Positions 10,266 through 20,583 of a DNA stretch of 64,000 nt are shown here, piece after piece. Position 1 is the stretch's first letter; the number at the start of each line of letters is the position of its first letter. The notes under the pieces are model-generated. The model was not told the DNA's origin and made no database searches. It worked only from the letters and a program-made list of their open reading frames with translations. This DNA comes from Hyphomicrobiales bacterium (GTDB taxonomy: Bacteria > Pseudomonadota > Alphaproteobacteria > Rhizobiales > JANPGK01), in NCBI GenBank assembly GCA_031423895.1, contig JANPGK010000035.1, positions 6,720 to 70,719 on the forward strand. The letters run 5' to 3'. A program made the position numbers and the translations under genes.

Positions 10266-11105
10266 ATGACGATGCCCCATCACGCAATTAATCTTCTGCA
10301 CCTTGGTGAATTTACCATTGCCACGTTTTTAGCGCGGCACGATATGCGCAATATTGGTGTGCTGCTGCGGCATCACCCGAGTGAAACGGTGCTGTGTATT
10401 GATGCGCCGCACGCGCCCACCATCATGCATGTTGCGCAGCAATTGGGGTGGCATATTCACCATTTGCTCATCACTCATCATCATTGGGACCATGTGGAAG
10501 GGATTCTTGAGCTAAAAACCGCATATAATTGTACCGTGTATGGGCGCGACCATCCCAAAATTGCGCCGATTGATGTGGTGCTGGTGGAGGGGCAAGATAT
10601 TCGGATTCCCACATTGCGTAGCGATGTGAACGAGCAAAGCGAAGCGCGCAGCGTGGAGGAGTTTGAGGGGGAACACCCTCAATCAGATAATCACATTCAA
10701 CTGCAAACGATCTGCGCCACTGGACATTGCAACACGCAAATTGCCTATTATATTCCCAAAATTGACTGTGCCTTTGTGGCTGATGCACTGTTTAATCTTG
10801 GCTGTGGCCGCATATTGCAAGGCACGCATGCGGAAGCGTTTGCCACATTTCAGCGCATCAAAACCTTGCCGCCGCACACGCGCCTGTGGTTTGGGCATGA
10901 TTACTATGCGCCAAATGCCAAAGTGAGCTTAATTTTTGCGCCTGATGATGCCGAAATTTTGGCCTATATGGAACAAATGGAGGCGCGCACGCAGGCCATG
11001 CCATGCCCCATTATGCTGCAGCACGAGGCCGCAGCAAATTTATTCATGCGCGCAGCAACAGTGGAAGAGTTCACGGCGTTGAGGGTGAGGAGGGATCGGT
11101 TTTGA
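10266..11105 (+). CDS. gloB: Hydroxyacylglutathione hydrolase (glyoxalase II) with ~25-aa repeat-derived insert
   Basis: THHHWDH metallo-beta-lactamase motif, DALFNLGCGR, GHDY, C-terminal LRVRRDRF. Confidence 0.88.
   Translation: MTMPHHAINLLHLGEFTIATFLARHDMRNIGVLLRHHPSETVLCIDAPHAPTIMHVAQQLGWHIHHLLITHHHWDHVEGILELKTAYNCTVYGRDHPKIAPIDVVLVEGQDIRIPTLRSDVNEQSEARSVEEFEGEHPQSDNHIQLQTICATGHCNTQIAYYIPKIDCAFVADALFNLGCGRILQGTHAEAFATFQRIKTLPPHTRLWFGHDYYAPNAKVSLIFAPDDAEILAYMEQMEARTQAMPCPIMLQHEAAANLFMRAATVEEFTALRVRRDRF
10608..10686. repeat. Palindromic insert inside gloB (family D, single copy in window)
   Basis: Hairpins CACATTGC-GTA-GCGATGTG and TTGAGGG-GGAACA-CCCTCAA around GCGAAGCGCGCAGCG; encodes PTLRSDVNEQSEARSVEEFEGEHPQS, which I do not expect in GloB. 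Confidence 0.6.
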
Positions 11106-11225
11106 CCCCCTCTCCCCTTGCGGGAGAGGGTGCCTCGAAGAGGTGGGTGAGGGGTCGCTTAGAATAAATAAGAAAACCCCTCATCCGTCAGCTACGCTGC
11201 CACCTTCTCCCGCAAGGGGAGAAGG
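11106..11225. repeat. Palindromic element, family C, between convergent gloB and phaB
   Basis: CCCCTCTCCCCTTGCGGGAGAGGG...CCCCTCATCCG...CACCTTCTCCCGCAAGGGGAGAAGG; same termini as the xerD insert. Confidence 0.9.
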
Positions 11226-11235
11226 AAGATCTCCA

Positions 11236-11961
11236 TCACACCATATATTGCCCGCCATTCACGCTCAGCGTAGTGCCTGTGATAAAACCTGCGTCATCGG
11301 CCGCGAGAAAGACCACTGCGCGTGCCACATCATGCGTGGTGCCAAGGCGCCCCACAGGAATTTGCGGTATAATCTTGGTTTTCAACACTTCTTCTGGCAT
11401 TGCGGCCACCATTTCGGTGTTGATGTAGCCCGGGCAAATGGCGTTGATGGTGACATTTTTCGATGCCCCTTCTTGTGCGAGCGCCTTCACAAAGCCGATC
11501 ATCCCCGCTTTGGCGGCGGAATAATTGGTTTGGCCAAACTGACCTTTCTGCCCGTTGATCGAGGAAATTGCAATAATACGGCCAAATTTACGGGTGCGCA
11601 TCCCATTCATCACAGGCTGGGTGATGTTAAACAAGGAATCCAAATTTGTGCGCAGTACAGAACTCCATTCATCAGGTTTCATTTTGTGCAAAAACGCATC
11701 CCGCGTGATGCCAGCATTGGCCACAATTACATCGATTGGGCCAAGCTCAGCCTCAATTTTGGCAAGCCCTGCTTTGGTGGCCTCATAATCCGCCACGTCG
11801 AAGCGGTAGGTGTAAACACCCGTTGTCTCGCGAAACAGCTTTGCGGCCTCTTCATTGCCATGGTAATTTGCGGCCACTGTGTAGCCCGCTTCTTTCAACG
11901 CTTTCGATACGGCCGCGCCAATACCGCGCGTGCCACCCGTTACAACTGCTACTCTTGCCAT
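11236..11961 (-). CDS. phaB: Acetoacetyl-CoA reductase PhaB
   Basis: VTGGTRGIG, NGQKGQFGQTNYSAAKAG; follows phaA. Confidence 0.95.
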   Translation of the reverse strand: MARVAVVTGGTRGIGAAVSKALKEAGYTVAANYHGNEEAAKLFRETTGVYTYRFDVADYEATKAGLAKIEAELGPIDVIVANAGITRDAFLHKMKPDEWSSVLRTNLDSLFNITQPVMNGMRTRKFGRIIAISSINGQKGQFGQTNYSAAKAGMIGFVKALAQEGASKNVTINAICPGYINTEMVAAMPEEVLKTKIIPQIPVGRLGTTHDVARAVVFLAADDAGFITGTTLSVNGGQYMV

Positions 11962-11985
11962 GTGTAAATCCCTGATCTTATTATA

Positions 11986-13164
11986 TTATCGTTCAACTGT
12001 GAGGGCGATGCCCATACCGCCACCAATGCACAAGGTGGCCAAGCCTTTTTTAGAGTTGCTGCGCACCATTTCATGCAGCAAAGTGGTGAGAATGCGCGCA
12101 CCAGACGCCCCAATTGGGTGGCCAATGGCAATTGCGCCGCCGTTCACATTCACAATGTCAGGGTTCCAGCCCATGTCCTTATTCACGGCGCAGGCTTGTG
12201 CAGCAAAGGCTTCGTTGGCTTCCACCAAATCGAGATCGCCCACTTTCCAGCCCGCTTTTTTCAGCGCGGTGTGAGAGGCGGGGATCGGCCCTGTGCCCAT
12301 AATGGCGGGGTCAACCCCCTCGGTGGCCCAAGAGGCAATGCGTGCTAGTGGTTGAAGCCCACGTTTTTGCGCCTCGGCCTCGCTCATCAACACAAATGCG
12401 GCCGCGCCGTCATTAATGCCCGATGCGTTGCCGGCGGTCACTGAACCATCTTTTTTGAACGCAGTGCGCAAGCCAGCCATTTTTTCTACTGTGGTGCCAG
12501 CACGGATATATTCATCGGTTGCAAATGCAGTTTCACCTGCTTTGGATTTGAGCATCACAGGCACAATTTCAGCATCGAACTTGCCCGCTATTTGTGCCGC
12601 TTCGGCTTTATTTTGCGATGTTGCGGCGAAAATGTCTTGCATTTCTCTGGTAATGCCAAATTTCTCTGCTACATTTTCCGCCGTAATGCCCATGTGGTAG
12701 CCGTTGAACGCGTCCCACAAGCCATCTTTAATCATTGTGTCGATGAAGGACATGTCGCCCATTTTTTGCCCAGCACGCAAATAAGCTGCGTGTGGTGAAA
12801 GAGACATATTCTCCTGCCCGCCAGCGATAACAATTGTGCTATCGCCCGCTAAAATTGCTTGGTAGCCAAGTGCCACTGCCCGCAAGCCAGAACCACACAC
12901 TTGGTTGATCCCATACGCTGTGGCGTGCTGCGCAACACCTGCAGCAATCGCCGCTTGGCGCGCAGGGTTTTGCCCCAATCCAGCGGTGAGCACTTGGCCC
13001 ATAATTACTTCTGAGATTTCATCGCCCGAAATGCCCGCACGCGAAAGCGCGGCTTTAATGGTGATTGCGCCCAGTTCATGCGCGGGTGTAGTGGCCAGCG
13101 ACCCATTAAAACTGCCCACTGCGGTGCGTGCGGCGGATACGATGACAACATGATGTTTGCCCAT
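11986..13164 (-). CDS. phaA: Acetyl-CoA acetyltransferase (beta-ketothiolase) PhaA
   Basis: [27 protein letters not shown]. Confidence 0.95.
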   Translation of the reverse strand: MGKHHVVIVSAARTAVGSFNGSLATTPAHELGAITIKAALSRAGISGDEISEVIMGQVLTAGLGQNPARQAAIAAGVAQHATAYGINQVCGSGLRAVALGYQAILAGDSTIVIAGGQENMSLSPHAAYLRAGQKMGDMSFIDTMIKDGLWDAFNGYHMGITAENVAEKFGITREMQDIFAATSQNKAEAAQIAGKFDAEIVPVMLKSKAGETAFATDEYIRAGTTVEKMAGLRTAFKKDGSVTAGNASGINDGAAAFVLMSEAEAQKRGLQPLARIASWATEGVDPAIMGTGPIPASHTALKKAGWKVGDLDLVEANEAFAAQACAVNKDMGWNPDIVNVNGGAIAIGHPIGASGARILTTLLHEMVRSNSKKGLATLCIGGGMGIALTVER

Positions 13165-13204
13165 AGAATATGCTCCAAATCAATGATATGATATTGCGCC
13201 CACA

Positions 13205-13335
13205 CTGCAGCAATTGCTGCACAAAAGGCAATAGAAAATCTGTAAAATTTTATCGCTATTTTCTTCGCAGTTGCACAAATTCTGGCTTGACGTGCGCCAA
13301 AAACTGCATAATGCTGCATGCTCACTCTGCAGCAT
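13205..13335. promoter_or_regulatory. TGC-rich repeats in the phaA/phaR divergent promoter, candidate PhaR operators
   Basis: CTGCAGCAATTGCTGCAC and CTGCATAATGCTGCATGC...CTGCAGCA; PhaR is known to bind TGC-rich motifs. Confidence 0.4.
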
Positions 13336-13344
13336 AGGTGCAAC

Positions 13345-13953
13345 ATGACCGGCCCAAAACTCACACCCGTAACTATTAAAAAATATGCCAATCGGCGCCT
13401 CTATCACACGGGCATTTCCAGCTATGTAACGCTGGAGGATTTGGCCGAGATGGTGCGCAAGCACGAGGAATTTGTGGTGGTCGACGCAAAAACAGGCGAC
13501 GAGATCACCCACAGCGTGCTCACGCAAATTATTTTTGAGGAAGAAACCAAAGGGCAAAACTTGCTGCCGATCCCGTTTTTGCGCCAGCTCATTTCATTTT
13601 ATGGCGACAGCTTGCAGTCGTTCTTGCCCAGCTATTTGGAGCAGTCCCTCTCGATGTTCACTAAGGAGCAAAACGTCCTCAAAGCCAGCCTTGCGCAGGC
13701 GTTTACACCCACAACTATGGCCAGCGCGTTAACCCCTGCTGCCATGACCGTCGCTTTTGAAGAGCAAGCCAAAAAGAACATTGCTTTGTTCGAAAAAACA
13801 ATGCGGATGTTCAGCATTTTGCCTGATGCTGGCGGCACAAATGCTGCGCAGCAAGAAGGTGTTGCCTCTGCACAAAACTCTAATGAACTGGATGCACTCA
13901 AATCTCAAATTGCTGACATGCAGCAGCAATTAAAAGCCTTATCGCAGAAGTGA
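13345..13953 (+). CDS. phaR: Polyhydroxyalkanoate synthesis repressor PhaR
   Basis: IKKYANRRLYHT, LTQIIFEEE, FLRQLISFYG. Confidence 0.95.
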   Translation: MTGPKLTPVTIKKYANRRLYHTGISSYVTLEDLAEMVRKHEEFVVVDAKTGDEITHSVLTQIIFEEETKGQNLLPIPFLRQLISFYGDSLQSFLPSYLEQSLSMFTKEQNVLKASLAQAFTPTTMASALTPAAMTVAFEEQAKKNIALFEKTMRMFSILPDAGGTNAAQQEGVASAQNSNELDALKSQIADMQQQLKALSQK

Positions 13954-13977
13954 TTTTATTGGGTTTGTATGACTTAA

Positions 13978-14088
13978 GCTCCTCACCCGTGGGGGAGCTG
14001 GCGAGCGTAGCGAGACTGAGGGGGCATTCTTTTGATGATTGATAGAAAGAAAACCCCTCCCCCCACCCCCTCCCGCAAGGGGGGAGAG
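13978..14088. repeat. Palindromic element, family C (reverse orientation of the ubiE/mutM insert)
   Basis: GGGGGAGCTGGCGAGCGTAGCGAGACTGAGGGGG...GAAAGAAAACCCCTCCCCCCACCCCCTCCCGCAAGGGG. Confidence 0.9.
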
Positions 14089-14107
14089 AAGTTGTGGATT
14101 AAATAAT

Positions 14108-15127
14108 ATGCATATTCTCATTGTTACAGATGCGTGGGAGCCACAGGTGAATGGTGTGGTGCGCTCGCTGCAGCATTTGATCGCCGATGGCACAGCGCTT
14201 GGTGCACGGTTTTCGATCATCTCACCACAAGACTATCGCTCAACGCCCATGCCAGGTTATTCTGAAATTCGCCTTGCGCTGTGCAGCCCTGCAGGTGTGG
14301 CGCGCGATATTGAGCGGGTAGGCGCGGAATATATCCACATAGCTACTGAAGGTCCATTGGGCATTATGGCGCGGCGCTGGTGCAAGCGCAACAAACACCC
14401 ATTCACCACAGGCTATCACACCAAATTTCCTGAATATCTGCGGGCACGCCTGCCTGTACCCACCCGCGTGAGTTATGCGTGGCTGCGGCGGTTTCATAAT
14501 GCGGGCAATGGCGTGTTGGTGCCTTCGCGCTCGATGCAACTTGACCTCACAGCGCGTGGCTTCACCCATGTGCAGCTGTGGGGGCGAGGCGTGGATACAC
14601 ATGTATTTACACCTGAATTGCGCCAAGTTCATGAGGGCGACCCTTTGCCACGGCCGCATTTTCTCTATGTTGGGCGTGTGGCGGTGGAGAAAAATATCGA
14701 AGCTTTTTTGGCGCTTAACTTGCCTGGCACCAAAATTGTGGTGGGGGATGGGCCTGCGCGCGCGCGCCTGCAGGCGCAATATCCGCAAGTGGTGTTTCGT
14801 GGTGTGTTGACCAATACCGCGCTCGCGCGGGAGTTTGCATCGGCAGATGTGTTTGTATTTCCAAGCAAAACCGACACGTTCGGTCTTGTGATATTGGAAG
14901 CACTCGCTTGCGGTACACCTGTGGCGGCTTACCCTGTAACAGGGCCAATTGATATTGTTGAAAATGGCGTGACAGGCGTTTTACATGATAATTTACAAGC
15001 AGCGGCGCTGCAGGCCTTACACATTTCCCGCACGGTTTGCCGCAATTTTGCTGCGCAGCATAGTTGGCGCGCCAGTGCGCAGCAATTTTTGGATAGTGTG
15101 AAGGCCGCACAAGAGTTACGCAAATAA
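14108..15127 (+). CDS. GT4 family glycosyltransferase
   Basis: TDAWEPQVNGVV, YVGRVAVEKN, TDTFGLVILEALACG; start set after the repeat. Confidence 0.9.
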   Translation: MHILIVTDAWEPQVNGVVRSLQHLIADGTALGARFSIISPQDYRSTPMPGYSEIRLALCSPAGVARDIERVGAEYIHIATEGPLGIMARRWCKRNKHPFTTGYHTKFPEYLRARLPVPTRVSYAWLRRFHNAGNGVLVPSRSMQLDLTARGFTHVQLWGRGVDTHVFTPELRQVHEGDPLPRPHFLYVGRVAVEKNIEAFLALNLPGTKIVVGDGPARARLQAQYPQVVFRGVLTNTALAREFASADVFVFPSKTDTFGLVILEALACGTPVAAYPVTGPIDIVENGVTGVLHDNLQAAALQALHISRTVCRNFAAQHSWRASAQQFLDSVKAAQELRK

Positions 15128-16210
15128 GGCGTATTTTTCTTCAAATGAAAGCGCATTATAATCAATAGGCCCGCTGCGCTTTGCCTTTTTTGCTTTTACA
15201 GGTTCTATTGGGGTGTCGGAATTGGCAGCTTCTGTAGTGTTTCCCTGTGCAGTATTGGGAATTGCTTCAGCAGTATTATTGAGCTGCGCAAGTTCCTGCG
15301 CCACCCGCTCAAAAATAGCTTCATTATGCGCTGTGGTGGCTGTAGATGCATCGATTGAAACTTTTGGCAGGCTTTCTAATGAAATTTCATGCGCAACTTC
15401 GGTTGCTAATGGCGCGCCATCAACATCCATTTCAATTTTAGCAGTGTGCTTAATCGATAAAATCGAGTCAATATCGTCCTGATCTAACCCTTCACCTGGC
15501 GCCGATGGGCCATTGGTGAGGCGATGCGCATTTGGTAACCACGGCGCCATTTCAGGTTTTTCTTCAGCGGCTGTTATCGAGTCGTCCCCCATCCACACAT
15601 GTGTGAGTGAATTGATGCGATCCTCAATAAATTGCAGCGCTTGAATCACTTTGCGAATGCGCTGGCCGGTAAGATCTTGGAATGAGCACGCCACATAAAT
15701 TTCAGTGGCATGCGTGTCGAGCACATCGCACAAGGCCGATTCCGCGCCCGACTCCCGCAAGATCCAGGCCGTTTCCTGCATCGCTTCGGCGTGGCTCAGA
15801 ATATCGCGAGTGGCTTTATCGGTGGCGTCTACCACAAGGTCGAGCTCGCCAGTGGAATGTGCAAATGGTCCGTCATAGCCTTCAGGGGGAATCAGTGACG
15901 AAATCTCTTGACGCGTTAATGCAATCGCGTGCTGCATTTCCCCGATGCTAATTCTAATATCATTGGCGCGCATACCAATAGAATCGTTGTATTCCTCAAA
16001 ATTTACCGCAGGAGTGGCCAGTTTTTGGCCCATATTCTCAATTGCAGTGAGGACTTCATCAGTATTGGCAATACGATTACGTTTAGCATATTCTTGTAAA
16101 AACCAACGTCCGCGCGCCGTTTCCATCACCGCGCTTTCAATCATATCATAATCATGCACAGGAAAACCTTCCAGTGCGTCATTAGATGTATGCGGTGTTA
16201 ATTTAGGCAT
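15116..16210 (-). CDS. CheZ-family chemotaxis phosphatase-like protein
   Basis: ACSFQDLTGQRIRKVI motif, N-terminal AVMETARGRWFL, LTNGP..DQDDID. Confidence 0.75.
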   Translation of the reverse strand: MPKLTPHTSNDALEGFPVHDYDMIESAVMETARGRWFLQEYAKRNRIANTDEVLTAIENMGQKLATPAVNFEEYNDSIGMRANDIRISIGEMQHAIALTRQEISSLIPPEGYDGPFAHSTGELDLVVDATDKATRDILSHAEAMQETAWILRESGAESALCDVLDTHATEIYVACSFQDLTGQRIRKVIQALQFIEDRINSLTHVWMGDDSITAAEEKPEMAPWLPNAHRLTNGPSAPGEGLDQDDIDSILSIKHTAKIEMDVDGAPLATEVAHEISLESLPKVSIDASTATTAHNEAIFERVAQELAQLNNTAEAIPNTAQGNTTEAANSDTPIEPVKAKKAKRSGPIDYNALSFEEKYALFA

Positions 16211-16369
16211 GACTTTCCTAAGGTAATTTGCCACTTTTTTGCAAGTGTGTAACACACGGTTGCATGAAAATATGAAAATCTTGTTATGAAATTTCATTTC
16301 ATCCACAAAAAACTGGCATGAATCGGGTTTTGTGCTGTATGAAGTGAGAAAACTGGGCCACCATTCATA

Positions 16370-17002
16370 ATGGATCTTCTTGCAAACCCCCAAATCAATG
16401 CCCAATGGATCGTATCCATTATCACGTTTTATATCGTTGGAGGTTTTACGCCTGGGCCCAATAATATGATGTTGATGACCTCTGGCGTGCGTTTTGGCTA
16501 CGCCCGCACTTTGCCGCATATCATTGGTATTAATATTGGATTCACGTTCATGAGCGTGGTGGTGGCATATGGTTTGGCGCAGATATTTATTGAGTTACCA
16601 TGGGTGCATTTGGCGATCAAAATTGCAGGGAGCGGCTATTTATTATGGTTGGCATGGCGTATTTATAGTGCTGCTGCACCAGAAAATGAAACCTCTGCCG
16701 AAGCACGCGCCCAGCCATTTAGCTTTATAGAGGCGGCATTATTTCAATGGGTGAACCCTAAAGCATGGCAAATCGCGGCCACGGCAGCTGCTATGTTTGT
16801 CCATCCGCAATCAGCCAGTTATCACGTAGAAATTGCCACTTTGGCACTGATCATCATGTGCCTTTCATTTCCTACAGCTTCTGCCTGGACATTGGGAGGA
16901 GTTGCGATGCGTCGCGTTTTAAAAGCGCCTCAACATGTGGTGGTGTTTAACCGCACAATGGCCGCGCTTCTTGTGGTTTCAATGGTATTAAGTTGGGTGT
17001 GA
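16370..17002 (+). CDS. LysE family translocator
   Basis: TPGPNN, YLLWLAWRI, FQWVNPKAW. Confidence 0.9.
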   Translation: MDLLANPQINAQWIVSIITFYIVGGFTPGPNNMMLMTSGVRFGYARTLPHIIGINIGFTFMSVVVAYGLAQIFIELPWVHLAIKIAGSGYLLWLAWRIYSAAAPENETSAEARAQPFSFIEAALFQWVNPKAWQIAATAAAMFVHPQSASYHVEIATLALIIMCLSFPTASAWTLGGVAMRRVLKAPQHVVVFNRTMAALLVVSMVLSWV

Positions 17003-17064
17003 ATAACGGGCATAGTGCTGTGAAAACCTCGCTACCCCTCGCATCTATGTGCTACACATATACC

Positions 17065-17853
17065 ATGCACGCTGTTCAATTGCCATTTTCTTTGCCTATG
17101 CCGCCGTCTTATGCGGCGGAGGATATTGTACTGGGGTCGCATAATGCACGCGCCTTTAACGCGTTGATGGCATGGCCGCAGTGGCCGCAACCTGTGGCCA
17201 TAGTGGTGGGAGAGGCAGGCGCTGGCAAAACCCATTTGGCGCAAATTTGGGCGCGCCATGCAGGTGCCATTTGCATTCCCGACGACATGCCCACGCAGGA
17301 CGTGATCGCGATAGCCAGCACGCATGCTATTGTGTTGGATAACAGCCCATTATTGCATGATGAAGCGGCGGCATTCGCCATTTTAAATGTCGCTATGACC
17401 CATAAACACGGGCTGCTGATCACCACACACGCTCACCCAGAATTGTGGCATATTGTGAAAAACGACATTCGCTCGCGCTTGCGCTTGGCCAGCGTTTTGC
17501 ATTTATATGCACCTGATGAGGAAGCGCTGTATGGCTTGATGTATAAATTATTTGCTGATCTGCAGCTGCATGTAGAGCCCTCGGTGGTGCGTTATGTTGT
17601 CGCACGCTTGCCAAGGCAGTTTTTAGCGGTGCAGCAATTTGTTGAATATGCCGATGCCGCAGCACTGGCGCAAAAAAAACCTGTCACACGCACACTTGCG
17701 GCGCAGATTATGTTACAGTACTTTCCAGATCATATTGAGACAGATCAATATCAATTGTTTTTAGAGTGTCATCCTGAACGCAGTGAAGGATCTTCCGCCG
17801 ATCGCGCTCCATTTCAGGGAGATCCTTCGGCGATGCCTCAGGATGACACATAA
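17065..17853 (+). CDS. Hda/HdaA-like DnaA regulatory protein with repeat-encoded C-terminus
   Basis: QLPF clamp-binding motif, Walker [18 protein letters not shown]; upstream of ppk-ppx. Confidence 0.8.
   Translation: MHAVQLPFSLPMPPSYAAEDIVLGSHNARAFNALMAWPQWPQPVAIVVGEAGAGKTHLAQIWARHAGAICIPDDMPTQDVIAIASTHAIVLDNSPLLHDEAAAFAILNVAMTHKHGLLITTHAHPELWHIVKNDIRSRLRLASVLHLYAPDEEALYGLMYKLFADLQLHVEPSVVRYVVARLPRQFLAVQQFVEYADAAALAQKKPVTRTLAAQIMLQYFPDHIETDQYQLFLECHPERSEGSSADRAPFQGDPSAMPQDDT
17766..17849. repeat. Palindromic element, family A, forming the 3' end of the hda-like ORF
   Basis: GTGTCATCCTGA...AAGGATCT...AGATCCTT...TCAGGATGACAC; 1 mismatch to the reverse complement of 22741-22823. Confidence 0.95.
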
Positions 17854-17866
17854 TGAAGGATTCTCT

Positions 17867-20053
17867 ATGCCCATGAGCCATTATAATACGCAAATCCACA
17901 CTCATGCGGGCTATGTCGCCAATGCCGATGTGCGTAAATTTGGCACAGCGCGCTTTATCAACCGCGAGCTTTCATGGCTGCAATTTAACCGCCGTGTGTT
18001 GGAAGAAGCCAGCAACCCGCGCCACCCTATTTTAGAACAGCTGCGGTTTTTGTCGATTTCGGCGAATAATTTAGATGAATTTTTTATGGTGCGTGTGGCA
18101 GGATTGTCGGAGCAATTGCGCCTTGGTGTGACTACCCCCAGCCCCGATGGCCTCATCCCCGCGCAACAATTAGACGCCATTTCGCGATTGGTGGCCACGC
18201 TGATGACCGAGCAGCAACTGCGCTGGCGCGCCATTCGTAAAGCCCTCACCCATGAGGGAATTTATGTGCTGGATAATGAACAGATCAGCAAAGATGATAA
18301 GATTTGGCTGGAGCATTATTTTCTCAACCATATTTTCCCTGTGCTCACGCCGCTGGCAGTGGACCCTGCCCATCCGTTTCCATTTATTCCCAATTGTGGG
18401 TTTTCATTGGCATTAGAGTTGGAACGCAGCTCAGATCGCAAAAAAATGAATGCCCTCATCCGTATTCCGCCCACATTGCCGCGTTTTATTCAATTGCCAC
18501 ATCATAATGCTGAAATTGGCCAGCATTTTGTAAATCTAGAACAAATTGTAGGGATGTTTACCCATAAGCTGTTCCCTGGGTATGAAGTGCGTGGCAAAGG
18601 CGCATTCCGCATCATCCGCGATTCAGAAGTGGAGATTGAAGAAGAAGCCGAAGATTTAATGCGCATGTTTGAAACCATGCTGAAACAGCGCCGCAAAGGC
18701 AGCGTGATTCGGCTAGAAATTGAAGCGGGCATGCCCGTGGCGCTGCAGCAATTTGTGGCAGAAGCATTGCATGTGCAAGATGACCATATTTCGGTGCTCG
18801 ATGGCATGTTGGCGCTGAATGATCTCGCACAATTGGTGAGCATTGAGCGGCCAGATTTGAAATTCGCCAGCTATTCGCCGCGCTATCCAGAGCGTATTCG
18901 CGAGCTGGGCGGGGATTGTTTTGCCGCGATCGCCCAAAAGGACATTCTTGTCCACCACCCGTATGAAAGCTTCGATGTGGTGGTGGAATTTGTGCGCCAA
19001 GCCGCGCTCGACCCATCCGTTGTGGCCATTAAGCAAACCCTCTATCGCACCTCGAACAATTCACCCATTGTTAAGGCGTTGATCGAAGCGGCCGAAGCGG
19101 GCAAAACGGTGACCGCATTGGTGGAGCTCAAAGCGCGGTTTGACGAGGAGGCCAATATTAAATGGGCGCGCGATTTGGAACGCGCAGGCGTGCAGGTTGT
19201 GTTCGGCTTCATTGAGCTGAAAACCCATGCCAAATTGTCATTGGTGGTGCGGCGCGAGGGCGATGAGCTGAAAAGCTATGCGCATTTGGGCACGGGCAAT
19301 TACCACCCCATCACCGCGAAGGTGTATACCGACCTCTCCTATTTCACCTGCAACCCTGTGATCACGCGCGATGTGGCGCATATCTTCAACTTCATCACCA
19401 GCTATGCCGAACCCGGTGAGCTAGAGGCCATCTGCCTGTCGCCTTATGCGATGAAAAAACGCATTATCGCCCATATTATGCAGGAAATTTCTCATGCTAA
19501 AGCGGGAAAACCCGCCGCAATTTGGGTGAAGCTCAATGCATTGGTCGACCCCATCATCATCGACGCGCTGTATGAAGCCAGCAACGCTGGCGTGCAAATC
19601 GACCTTGTGGTGCGGGGCATTTGCTGCTTACGCCCAGGCGTGAAGGGCTTATCAGAAAACATCCGTGTGCGCTCTATTGTGGGGCGGTTTTTGGAGCACG
19701 CCCGCATTTATTGTTTTGGCGATGGCCACGGCTTGCCACACCCCAATGCCGCTATTTATATTGGCTCGGCCGATTGGATGCCGCGTAATCTCGATCGGCG
19801 CGTGGAGGTGATGATCCCCATGCTGAATCCCACCGTGCATGAGCAAGTGATGAGCCAAATTATGGCGGCCAATTTTAAAGATAACCAACAGGCCTGGGCA
19901 TTGCAAAGCGATGGTGAATATGCCCGCATTGCCCCCGCGCAGGGCACCGAACCCTTCAACGCCCACACCTATTTCATGACCAACCCCAGCCTTTCAGGGC
20001 GTGGCAAGTCACTCAAAACGGTGAAGCCTGTTATGCTGATTTCGAATATATAA
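17867..20053 (+). CDS. ppk: Polyphosphate kinase 1
   Basis: [31 protein letters not shown]; start set after SD GAAGGA. Confidence 0.96.
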   Translation: MPMSHYNTQIHTHAGYVANADVRKFGTARFINRELSWLQFNRRVLEEASNPRHPILEQLRFLSISANNLDEFFMVRVAGLSEQLRLGVTTPSPDGLIPAQQLDAISRLVATLMTEQQLRWRAIRKALTHEGIYVLDNEQISKDDKIWLEHYFLNHIFPVLTPLAVDPAHPFPFIPNCGFSLALELERSSDRKKMNALIRIPPTLPRFIQLPHHNAEIGQHFVNLEQIVGMFTHKLFPGYEVRGKGAFRIIRDSEVEIEEEAEDLMRMFETMLKQRRKGSVIRLEIEAGMPVALQQFVAEALHVQDDHISVLDGMLALNDLAQLVSIERPDLKFASYSPRYPERIRELGGDCFAAIAQKDILVHHPYESFDVVVEFVRQAALDPSVVAIKQTLYRTSNNSPIVKALIEAAEAGKTVTALVELKARFDEEANIKWARDLERAGVQVVFGFIELKTHAKLSLVVRREGDELKSYAHLGTGNYHPITAKVYTDLSYFTCNPVITRDVAHIFNFITSYAEPGELEAICLSPYAMKKRIIAHIMQEISHAKAGKPAAIWVKLNALVDPIIIDALYEASNAGVQIDLVVRGICCLRPGVKGLSENIRVRSIVGRFLEHARIYCFGDGHGLPHPNAAIYIGSADWMPRNLDRRVEVMIPMLNPTVHEQVMSQIMAANFKDNQQAWALQSDGEYARIAPAQGTEPFNAHTYFMTNPSLSGRGKSLKTVKPVMLISNI

Positions 20054-20094
20054 GACGCTTGTAATTAAATTTTTTAGTTATAGCATCGTAAGCA

Positions 20095-20532
20095 GTGTCT
20101 TATCTGGCTATGGTGTATAAAATGATGTATTTGCAATTAATACGGAATGTTTATTTGGAAGGTAACAACGGTACAAATACATCTTCAGCAGTGAATATTG
20201 AGCAAACGCTTATTAATTCAGCGCAAAAACTTGAGACAGTAGTGAATGCATATGAACATCCTGATTGGAACCATTTTAAGAAAGCAAAGCAGCAGCAAAT
20301 TATGAGTGATCTAGATGGCGCAAAAAAAGATTTTCATTTGAACTTTGAAAATTATAAATTAAATTCATTACAGCGTGATGTTAAAGAATACCGCAGTAAA
20401 GTAAGTTTTTTTTCTGATAGATTTATTAAAAACGGGTATAATAAATTTATACCTGTATTATTAGGTGCGATAGCGCTATATGGCCTTGCCGCTTCATTTT
20501 CTCATACACACAAAATAAAAGAGAGTGTGTAG
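20095..20532 (+). CDS. AT-rich orphan ORF with C-terminal hydrophobic segment
   Basis: 145-codon ORF filling the ppk-ppx gap; start uncertain. Confidence 0.55.
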   Translation: MSYLAMVYKMMYLQLIRNVYLEGNNGTNTSSAVNIEQTLINSAQKLETVVNAYEHPDWNHFKKAKQQQIMSDLDGAKKDFHLNFENYKLNSLQRDVKEYRSKVSFFSDRFIKNGYNKFIPVLLGAIALYGLAASFSHTHKIKESV

Positions 20533-20583
20533 CGTCTTCATTTTCTACTTGCTGTGCCAATAGCAAATTCGTATTGCTAGCGC

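Noticed and set aside
11143-11967. Long antisense ORFs (e.g. 11143-11967, 27117-27911, 46800-47669)
   Set aside because: Shadows of phaB, trpS and dnaA with no recognisable motifs.
14039-14107. Repeat-encoded Pro-rich N-terminus on the glycosyltransferase
   Set aside because: It needs a TTG start inside the repeat; family homology starts at ATG 14108, so it is not counted as an in-frame insertion.
17783-17866. Repeat-encoded N-terminus on Ppk
   Set aside because: GTG lies within the repeat; a better ATG with a Shine-Dalgarno is at 17867.
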